A stretch of 52,348 bases of DNA, filler included, from Streblomastix strix (Eukaryota): NCBI GenBank assembly GCA_008636045.1. It is 2 parts of 2 records of this genome, joined end to end, with 100 filler letters (N's around TTAATTAATTAA, not from the genome) between each part and the next. Parts side by side here need not be neighbours in the genome. Positions count along the whole stretch, not along the records: positions 26,235 to 52,348 come from SNRW01000180.1; 1 more part is not named here. One strand, written 5' to 3'. Below are positions 42,801 through 52,348 of the stretch, one piece after another. The position numbers were made by a program, and so were the translations under genes. Under the pieces are notes generated by a model. It saw only the letters and a list, made by a program, of their open reading frames with translations. It ran no database searches and was not told where the DNA came from. How positions within the stretch are numbered: the first letter of the stretch is position 1; every line of letters starts with the position of its first letter.

Positions 42801-43365
42801 TGAAGGAGAATAAGAATAGGAGGAAGAACGCAGTAAAAAAGAGCTTGATTAGATTCGTATGTTACTGGCCTGAATAAGTTGAACAGGATATTTAAATAGA
42901 TATGAAGCAAAGAACTAAATTGCGTCAGTTAAATGAATTTGTGCAAGTTATTCACAATCTTAGACGTATTATCCATTGGATTTCTACAGTAAGATTATTT
43001 ACATTCAATTGTATTCATGCATTTCTCAATAGATGTCATTTAAAAATTAGAATGGCAAGCAACCAAGATTTAATTTGCTTGATATTTTCGAATTAAATGA
43101 TTATCCGCAATAGCTAAGCATCCATGTGAGAAATGTGTAGGAGAATCAAGATCATAGATGCTCACATCTTTTGTTTTGTTATATATTTTAGGTTTCGAAG
43201 CAATCTAATATGCATATCGAGAAGTAGCGGATATTTTATCGGAATAAATGTTGATCTCTGCAGAATAGTTGTTATCATTCGTATAAGAGGTTTAATTTCC
43301 AAATATTCCATGAATAATTACGCAAGAAAGCAAAAAAAGTATAATTTTGCTGAAGTGATTAACAT
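36879..43365 (-). CDS. PMP-like (GGG-x-Y / FxxC repeat, right-handed beta-helix) type I membrane surface protein; 5' region frameshifted
   Basis: Dozens of FxxC...GGG(I/L)(Y/F) repeats at ~38950-42300 and a CTQISQPCLT N-terminal motif. TM helix GAIIGIVFGILAFITLIVIIIIIVVV (~37915-37995), one intron (~37779-37906), cytoplasmic repeat tail. Signal-like IILFLLSCVIIHGIFG is out of frame with ATG 43365. First in-frame TGA at 36879-36881. Confidence 0.8.
37001..37396 (-). repeat. 36-bp coding tandem repeat, 11 units, encoding LNQQQSL(V/D/N)RTPP
   Basis: TTAATGGAGGTGTTCTAACTAGTGATTATTATTGAT units at a constant 36-bp period with no spacers. Confidence 0.93.
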
Positions 43366-43675
43366 GTTCCAAGATATTCGGCTTGCAAGCTTGATCAGTG
43401 AATTTCTCTGAAACGTTGAAATTATGAAGCAAGAATTTTAAAAAAAATAATCATAATAAATATTTATTAACCGTAATAACAGTGCATTATTCTGATATCG
43501 GAACGAATGACTAGAAAAACCAAGAACGAATTACATACCAAAATAAATTAATAATTAATTACAACAAATATATATTTTTATTTTAAATTTTATTTTAATT
43601 GTAGCGGGGTGTGATTTTTCCATAATTTTTTATAAATTTCCAAAAAAATTTTCCAATCAAATTTTTGAGTCAAAT

Positions 43676-45160
43676 TCACTATTTATTGTTAACAAATGTA
43701 ACATAATGGTTGTTACTGATGAATGCAAGAGTAATATTAAGCCTCGCAGCGAGTAAAATTGGATAGTTAAGAGTACATGATTGCCTATCTGGTAAAAAAA
43801 TTGTTACTTTTCTTCCAATTACTCTAGAGGCTGCTACAAGAACTGGACCATCAGCCCACTGATGCACGTTACGCATACTCATGATGTATTAATCAATAGT
43901 TTCTTTTCTTTCTCTCTGTTGCCATGGAATTGGATTGAAATTTCCATTTTCCCTCTATTACCTTATTATTTTAGCTTCTGCTTATGTTACAAATTGCACT
44001 CGAATATCATCATCATTAGCGTGGTTTTACAAATACTCACATGCAAGTTATTTTATATTTATATGCTCATCCTCTATATTATAAAGTCCTACAGAAATTC
44101 TCTGAAGTAACAGTCGCCTCCTGCTAAGTTGTCTATTATTGACTAATTGTTTTCTTCAGCGATCTAGGTAATTAACTGGAAATCCGAAGGAGTTTTCTTT
44201 TTCTTTTTTTTATCTTTAATAGGTTTTTTGTTTCTACTGTTGCTTGATTCTTCAAAAAAATTTGATTCCAAATCTGATAGATCTGTTTGTTCTATGTGAT
44301 TGGTCTCATCAGAATCTGTTGTGCTTAGTTCTTACTTCGAAAGTTAGCTTATTTCCATCTTTGATTTGCAATTATTTGACTTCACACTCTTGTAATTTCG
44401 TTTATAATAGTAAGAATCATATTCTTTGCCATCTTCGGACTCCTTGCAGTCGCTAAAATAAATGAATGGGTCATTTTCAGGTAAATAATCAGGATCTGAA
44501 AACTGATATTGATCAGAATCGCTAAGATCAGTGATAATTCTTGCGCATTAGGATGACTTAAGACTTGATCTTCCGTTTTATATCTCCGAAATTCTTGATC
44601 CAATAATACTTTTTCGCTATTAAGAACCACTTTTTTGTCTCTTGTATATAAACCAGTTTCGCTAAAAGATGATATTCTATTGTCATAAGTAACAGTTTAT
44701 TGCACAGCTTAAACTGATAACTGGTTAATTATTTCTCTTTTATCTTCCTTGAATAGTTTCACATCTTCATCTTTTAAATTTTATTATTTCTTCTTTAGAA
44801 ACTTGCATCTTACAGTTCAGGATATGTTTCTATAGTTTGTTCGAAGTGGCACGTTAATTACTTTGCCAAAAGATTGCATTTGAGATGTTAGTCTGCAGGA
44901 TACGTAAATGCAATAATATCTTCCAATTTAAGTAATTTTCTGGCCTCTCTATCGCACCTACTAGGATGCCCGTCAACAAAAAAAAATTATCATTTCATCC
45001 TATTCATAATATCCTCCTAACTTTTGTTCCAAAGCCTAATTAATTAGGATAATACACCTTTCTCAGAATAATACTTTTGTCATGAAACATCGCTTACTCA
45101 CTAAGACAAATAATGCTTCAGCTTCTGCCATTTCCAATACTCGTAAAGGCACGTAAATTA
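43676..45160 (-). pseudogene. Degenerate pogo/DDE_1-type transposase fused to a C-terminal OTU cysteine protease domain
   Basis: DDE_1-like SKRCFMTKVLF, IFFVDGHPSR (44972) and TYPA/LTSQMQS. OTU-like AGGDCYFR (Cys 44110-44112), then after a frameshift ISVGLY...EH..IK, WADGPVLVAAS and NNHY (His 43706-43708). Several frameshifts; 5'-truncated. Confidence 0.75.
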
Positions 45161-45548
45161 AATCTCCAATTATGATGAACAAATATTTAGTTTTATTTAA
45201 AATTTTAATTTATTTGTAAAATTTCGAATAAAAAATTTGTTTCAAAAATTGAGACACAATATGGAAATTGTTTTCAAAACTTTTTTTTGTAGTTTGATTC
45301 ATTGATTAGTACATTTAATTATCATAAATTAATGGAACTATACTAATTAATATAAACAATTTCAACTTCTATATAATTATTTAAATTGAAAAATAATTTT
45401 TTTCTTAAAAACATCAATTTTATATTTCTATCAGATGATGTTTTTCGTAATTCATTAGTTTTTTTATAAAATTTTCAAATCGATTTTTTATTAATATATT
45501 ATTTAGTTAATTTATTTATTTCTATTGAAACGAATGAAATGAATTAAG

Positions 45549-46400
45549 TCATGCGTAGGCCACAATGAAATCATAATTGACAAAACCACAAGGAGTGATT
45601 GCGCGCTTTTAAGTTTCGCGCGTTTGCGATTCCTTTATTAGAACTCCTTCCTATTTTGTGGTTTTTATAACTACAACTATACTTTCTGGGACGTATTCTG
45701 CAACCATTCTTCCTACTGCATTCACAATCTCTCGCAAGTCTCTGCTCAAAAATCCGTTCCAAATATTAGTAGAAGTTTAAGCTTGTTTCAGGGCTGAAAT
45801 TGTGCGACCAATATAAATTTCCTGTAATTCAATCCAATAATTTCTCCTTAGTGTCTAGATATGTGACTTGTGTAGGCCGAATATATCCAAATCACTTGCT
45901 TAAAAAAGATATATTGCGTTTGGTGGAGGCATGGTTACAAGAATATTGTTTATTGTAAGATATGAAAGAAGTATTCGTGTAATACGGGCTAGCAAATTAT
46001 CCATAAGTTATACTGATTTTTCATTTAGAGGCATCGCTAACCGTTTTCATGTTGCATCAACAAGTGGCACATAAACTGAACTCAGAAAATATTCTATCAA
46101 TTCAATGTTAATATTAATCTCTTCTGATTCTGAAATATAACAATTTAATCCGACTCTATTTCATATAACTTTATACGCATGGAAATCAACTGGTTTTTTC
46201 TGAATGATGTCAGGATTCAACACTTCGCCGTTTAACAGGACAGTTTCGGCGATAGAGAACTTTTTATCAGATCTGTCTATTGAAATGCTTAGCTTTGTAT
46301 TTTTATCTTTAGCTTGAACAATAAATCTGCGTCTTTGCGAGTCACGGTAGCCGCTATAACCTGTTTCATCTAAGAAATATCAGAGATCGGAAAGACGCCG
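45549..46400 (-). pseudogene. Second degenerate pogo/DDE_1-type transposase (catalytic domain)
   Basis: FLDETG (46368), LMDN and PPPNAIYLFQASDLDIFG match the DDD triad layout of DDE_1. Internal TGA stops. 5' end abuts the DIRS fragment. Confidence 0.75.
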
Positions 46401-46405
46401 TTGAC

Positions 46406-48240
46406 ATAGCACCTTGGTGGCCCGGTCAAATATGGTTCATGTCCTTACAAATAGACAGCAGCAGATACATTATTCTTGGGGTGAGCTCTCTGATACTGAA
46501 CCTGGGGAAGGAGATGACAAGATATACGGACATGCTACAACCAAGGAAAATTGCAGCGTTTCTTATGGTTCAATAGTAGAACAGGGAAGAGAATTATTAA
46601 CAAGGTTCTTGTACAAATTGAACATGTCTGGAGAAACAATAAAAACGGTCATTGAAGGATAAAAGTTTAATACACAAAAGAAATATTTATTAACAATGGA
46701 AGTGTTTAATAACTAGATGAAAACTAGGAATCATTAAATGGATGATATTTTGGGTAAGAAAATTCCGTTCATTCTCACAGAATTAATGATTTGATTAACA
46801 GATACGAAATGAGCAAAGCCATCGTCAGCAAAACATTACGCATCAATAATTAACACAATGTAATCTCTCTTATCTTGTAACGGAATAAGTCTCCGCAACA
46901 GCGTAGAAACTCAATACACATGCAATTTCGAACCACAAGATCAGTATTCCGAGATACATGTGCATATTGGATTTTGAAAAACTATAAGATCACTGCATGA
47001 ATAGACCAAAAAGTAATCTCCTATCAGATGAAGAACTACAAGTAAAGCTAGCTTCACTATAAATGTCGTTATGCATTGCGAGAATGGAAGAGATGGCAAA
47101 CATAGAAATATCAGTTTCATTAATCAATGAAAAATAGAAATCAGCTAAGGTTTGTATCCCTCCTAAGTAACCAAGACAAAGACAGCGAAATGACTTAAGA
47201 AGAACAGATGATGCAAGAAAATGTCCCACAGAGACCTTCTTTGTCTAGCTCGCAAAGCTATGCTTGCACTTTAAACTCGGTCAAGGTTATTTCATACTTC
47301 TTTTTGGACCGAAAATTTGGGTCAACCTAATCAAATATACATTAGAACTCGCATTGAAAAACTCGTTCATAAATTTAGAGTACAAAACGCAACTGCGAAC
47401 TCTATAAGACACGCTTCATCCATAGAATTAGCTGCGCAAGGATTCAATTGGAGAACAATAATCGTCTTCACTTATTACGCACAAAATTCGAAGATGAATA
47501 AACAGTTATATTTTTTCGCCGTAAATCAATAATAGGATTCGATAGCCTCTGCACTCGAAAAAAAATCATGGCTGAAAGCAGGTAGAACCAGCTTCCTAAA
47601 TTATCTTAAAATGAAGGGGGGAAGCTAATCTTTCCAATAGAGATGGACTACAACAATCTTCGTAAGGAGAAGATTTATAATAATCTTCATAGGAGACTCT
47701 TGCTTCACCCCTTTCCCACCTGATGATTTCGTTACAACCCATCGTTGAGGCAAGATCTACGAACGATCGTGAGAGTGAATGGGACTAAAAATCATATAAA
47801 TAGTAAAATGATCAAAGCCAGAAGCAATAGTTTGAAGCTCTGATCTTAAGTATGACAAAATATTCAGATAAGATAAGAGCATGAAACTTAGAAATGATGA
47901 ATTAGTGGTGTTGAATGAGAAATAAATCCAATAACGTTTTTTTACCTTTCACATCATATACAATTTTGTAATAAATTTATCTTTTTTTCATTCTTACAGG
48001 ATGAAACTAAGGGGATGAGGTTTCACTTTTAATTTTTCTTTCACTTCAACCGATTACTTTTGTTTTTCACTTTGTCTGGGACCTTTTTAGTCACAGAAAG
48101 CCAGTAATGATACTTCATGCAATAATTTTTTTAAGCATTCTTTTGAATTTTTATATATGGCCGACCCATAGGGATGGGCAGCTCAACGGAGCACAAAGTC
48201 CCAGCGGCCCATTTGGCAGTGTCAAAATTAAGAGATGACT
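46406..48240 (+). mobile_element. 5'-truncated, decayed DIRS-like tyrosine-recombinase retrotransposon (pol C-terminal tail, YR ORF, 3' terminal region)
   Basis: IAPWWPGQIWF at 46406 resembles the end of the DIRS pol methyltransferase-like domain and overlaps a YR ORF. YR motifs include KLASL..SLCIARMEEM, CPTETFF and ATANSIRHAS (HxxR-like box). Frameshifts and stops present. Confidence 0.75.
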
Positions 48241-48883
48241 TTACAGTTATAACAATATAAGAGATAAATTTTAATAGTAATTTACCATGGGTACGATATT
48301 TGTCACATTTAAATTTATAATTATAATCAATATTAATTGATATTTAATTCCTTAACTACAAAATTAATACTCCAATCTCTCATTACTGGAGCTTCTCTAG
48401 TAATTATTCTTATGAAAACATGATAAATACTGCGAATTCATATATTTTCCTGAATGATTATTGATAATATGATATGTAATTGACCATCTGTACAGCTGTT
48501 AATCAAGAATTAAGATAAATATTAAGAAGATTTTCGAAAAAATAAGATAAGATAGTTGTGAATATTTTTACACATCACTGACAATGATATATTCTGTGAA
48601 ATCTCTTTGCGATGAATTAAATATATTGAATACTTAAGATATGATAATAATGAATATGATATAATGGTGAAACAATCGAGAATTAATAAGATAAGCGTAA
48701 AGAATAATATTATATAAGAAAAAATATGGATAGATATTGTAATTATATTTTTGATTTAATATCATGAATATACTTTAATATATATTTTATTAAATAAGTA
48801 GGGAAATTAAATTATTAATAATTAATAAAAATATTAGAATATAAGATATAATATACGAATAGTAATCTTATCATACGTCATAA

Positions 48884-49450
48884 TCAGTCAAGACTCATTA
48901 TCTTCTTGAATTTATTCAATGAAATCATTCTTGATATATCATAAATATCTATAATATTTGTATGTAATGTATTACCCTTTTTATCACTAAGATATAGCTT
49001 TCTATATTGTATACCATTATAGAAAAAGAAATTATTGTCATGATAATACAAATTCTCAAATTAATATCCACTGTACTCATTAATAATAATAGTTTTATCA
49101 TCAATAGTATCAAGATATTCGTATTTATGTCTTTTATAGCCAAATCCATTCTTATTGTTTTCACTACGTAGTATATGTGTGGATTAAGATTAGTTATATA
49201 TTGTAATGCAACTAGTTTATGAATGAATTCGTTTGTCTTATTAATTCGTATTTGATAATATTGATTAAGTAAATAAATATCAGGCTCATATTAATCACGT
49301 ATTCTTTTTATTCGCCATGGTTATTCATCATCATCTTCAACAAATCGTATTTCATATTATTAATTATATTTCAATACTTACCATTTATCAATTTCAGTTT
49401 ATTCAATCTATTCAATTTATTCAGATTATTCTAATGATTCAGTTATTGTT
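48884..49450 (-). pseudogene. Degenerate NUMOD4/HNH-like endonuclease remnant
   Basis: KWQVLKYNQQYEI...YYQIRINK...IHKLVALQYITNLNP..Y.VV. The expected DH..N..NN..NL core is absent at a frameshift, followed by YQFENLYY...FYNGIQYRKL. Confidence 0.5.
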
Positions 49451-50110
49451 TTTGTAAAAATAGAAAATTAATTATTTTTAATTGGAATTAGATATAATGA
49501 AAATTAAATATAAAAATAAAGAAATAAAATCGAAAACAATACTATAAAGTTCTCAAAACGAAAAATAGAAATATATCAATAAAAATACCTAATAATTAAT
49601 AAAACAATTTCTCATTATGAATATTACAATAATTATATATGAATCATATGAGTAAGCTAATCCATAATATAAGCTCCACTAAATTAAATAATATTTATAA
49701 TATAATAATTACATATAATAAAATAAATAAAATACTATGAAAGCTTCCTTGCATATGAGTTTGTCGATACAAAAACAACTAATGAGAATATAGAATTGAT
49801 ACACTAAATCAGAAAAGTAAAAACTGAAAATCTAAAGTTAATTCTTATAATGAATAAGATAAACATAAGAAAATAAAAATATAATCATAATATATAATCA
49901 TTGATTAGTACATGTAGTAATAATAGCAATAACGATACTCCCATATGTAGAGCTAAAAAGTAGTATATTCATGCAATTTACTTAGCTTCAACTAATTTTG
50001 TCGGGAAATTAGATGTAGTAATAAGTATTTACTTGTATATATTGAGAATTCTCTCTGTCTAAGACAGAATATTCATAACATTCAAATTAACTCATTGATT
50101 AATTATATTC

Positions 50111-51930
50111 TCATCCAAATTATTTGGTATAATTTTTGTATAATATATCAAATTCTATATATATTTCTTCATTATCATCGTCATCATCATTTATTTCATT
50201 CTTTTGATCTTTCATTGCATCATAATCTTAAATTAATCCAGGATTTAATTTGTAATAACCAATCTTCTTCCTACAATTACTTTTAAGAGCATTCTTACGT
50301 TCATAATCACAGATAGCTTTGAGTCAAGCCTTAAATTAGAACTCAGTTAGTTCTTTAGGCTTGCAATCTTCTGCAAAATTACATTCCATCCTTTATTTTA
50401 ATTGCTTCAGATATTTAACAACGAAGTTGTCAACAGGTGATTTATTTACTTACTTGATATCTTTCTTAGCTTCAGTAATTGGAATTACTTACAGATTTGC
50501 CTGAGATATATCTCGTTTCATGAAGAAAGTATAGAGATTGGCATAGAAATCAGCTTAATTAATAGTTTGTTGAATCTTATCGAAGTGTTCAAAATTACGT
50601 CTATGAGCATCTGGAGTTTAACAAACAAATTATCATCTATCAATTGCTTCTATTTTTACTGAACAGTAAATATTTGATGTGAATATTAGAATTGCTACTT
50701 TAAATGAATCTCTACGAGCTACAAACTACTCACTAATTCGTTACTCATCATCTGTAATTACAAATTTCAATTCATTACTATTTATAGCTCTTTATTCCGT
50801 GAAGTTCTTAAATTCATAGATTACAATTAATGATTTGTTTTCGATAACTGCATTGAAATTACCAGTTATTTCTTCAATATCTGTAATATTCTTAGCTCAA
50901 TAACCAGCCATTACATCGCATATTACATCAGTAAATGTATTCTTACCAGTTTCTTATACTCCGCGAATTATAATATCAGCTGTTGATTTAACACCAGGAT
51001 GTTATATAATGAAACTAATCCAGTTCAGAATATATTCATAAATATGGATGTCATTAGCTGCTATTACTTCTTTAATAAAATCTAGGTACAATTATATTGT
51101 ATTCATATTGATTTCTTTAATTAATTTATGTTTCAAGCTTTAGAATATGGAAAATGCATCTTATTCATCACTTATAAATGATATGTCTCGTAATCTAAAT
51201 AATTCAGCACATTCTTGAAATAAACTCCATAATTTTAGATTCTTCTTCCTAAATCCATCCCATTTAGCTTTATATGACATCTTCTTTGCTGTATCATCAG
51301 ATAATATATCAAATGTACATCTCTTAGCAGTAGAATCATATCGTTTCATTAAGAATATGTAATTATTCTAATTAATTATTCTCATTATCTTAAGCATATC
51401 AGTTACAATATCTTCATCACATTCATATTCTTAATTATATATCTTCATTTCAATATCAATACTTAATAGCTTGGCTATATTCCACATCTTATTTAGAATG
51501 GTATTTTCTAGTTCAACTTCAAAATTTTTATCTTTAACTATTGACTCAGGTAACTCAACTCATCTCAATGTCTTTTTCTTTAGATTCTTCATTGTAAGGA
51601 GTAATACAAGCAAATACATCAACTCCATATCGTTTATTCAATGGATTAGATTCCAATGATTTGATTATGCCTGTCATTGAATTCTATCTTAATTTATTAT
51701 CTGCAATATAACAATAAATATGTATTCCACCATGAGCAGTTCGAATAAAGCCAAATTTAAGAGATTTACTATTATTAAATTATTGTAAAAACAAGTCTCT
51801 TATGACTTTACTTTATTATTCATCAAGTTTCTTATTAATATCTATATCACCCACAGCTAAATATGGACATTTAGAAATATCTATTGCTTTCCCAGTTTCA
51901 ATTTCTTTAAATTCCTTTGTGCTTTACTTG
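50111..51930 (-). pseudogene. Degenerate Prim-Pol (AEP) primase + D5-like SF3 helicase of Polinton/large-DNA-virus type
   Basis: AEP motifs LAVGDID (~51840), IRTAHGGIHIY (~51715-51745) and GVDVF. Helicase motifs YILNWISFIIQHPG, Walker A-like GVQETGKNT (~50938-50962), TGNFNAVIENKSLIVIYE, LK.VITD and IFTSN. No introns; frameshifts and stops present. Confidence 0.8.
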
Positions 51931-52348
51931 GATTCTATAACCTGCTCTTCGGATAGTTCCTGCCAAGAGCACTTGTGCAGCACTAATTGCAAATGGTGGC
52001 ATGTCCTCCCGTATCGTTACAGTTTGGTTCAGGTAAAATAGATCTATTTCAATGTTTAAGTGAAAGGTGTTTATTACTGTCAGCTGCGCTTGAGCTGCTG
52101 CTACCAGAGGTTTTTGCGGAACAAAGTTTGGGTAATTAGGTGTCAAGTATGAATCTCTATTTTGTTTAATTAACGTTTTTTAATTTAACTTTAACCTTTT
52201 TGTTCGATGCGAGGACTTCTATGCTTAACTACGTAGTCATTAATTTTGTTTTTTATTCTTACACATCATTTGTTTATGGGGAGTTTCTCTTGCTGGCTCT
52301 TCTCACCCACTTTACTTTTTTGAAACAATACTTCGTCTATTTTTTCTG
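51930..52348 (-). other. Fragment of an unidentified GC-richer ORF abutting the primase-helicase remnant
   Basis: Open frame ...YLTPNYPNFVPQKPLVAAAQAQLTVINTFHLN... with a composition unlike the adjacent primase gene. No motif recognised. Confidence 0.3.

Noticed and set aside
45549..51930. TGA at Trp-like positions in mobile elements (e.g. 46792) as evidence for UGA=Trp
   Set aside because: These elements are frameshifted. Probable Trp positions also appear as TAG (46714, 47246), so ordinary G-to-A decay explains them.
46406..51930. YR and primase-helicase as parts of a single YR-integrating virus-like element
   Set aside because: The YR overlaps a DIRS pol-type tail and has its own terminal region, so independent juxtaposition is more parsimonious.

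Overview
This is very AT-rich eukaryotic DNA with short GT-AG introns, in which TAA and TAG encode Gln and TGA is the stop. The supplied standard-code ORF track is therefore mostly misleading. The code and gene families are consistent with an oxymonad such as Streblomastix strix (inference). The window is two contigs joined by an artificial N/TTAATTAATTAA/N linker (26135-26233). Contig 1 contains: a ~2.8-kb element with ~205-bp TIRs carrying a non-transposase gene; SEC11 signal peptidase; a NEK-type kinase fused to a long Cys-rich zinc-ribbon array; and a >16-kb low-complexity minus-strand gene. Contig 2 contains: a partial hypothetical gene; a coiled-coil/Q-rich gene; an ARM/coiled-coil/SPRY-like gene; a PMP-like beta-helix membrane protein with a 36-bp coding repeat; and a ~9-kb patch of decayed mobile DNA (pogo/DDE_1 transposase fused to an OTU domain, a second DDE_1 transposase, a DIRS-like tyrosine-recombinase retroelement, an HNH remnant, and a viral/Polinton-type primase-SF3 helicase). 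The most notable signals are isolated in-frame TGA codons inside otherwise intact, very long host ORFs (possible context-dependent UGA readthrough), the cargo-carrying TIR element, and the DDE_1-OTU fusion. All translations and domain calls were made by eye, without database searches.
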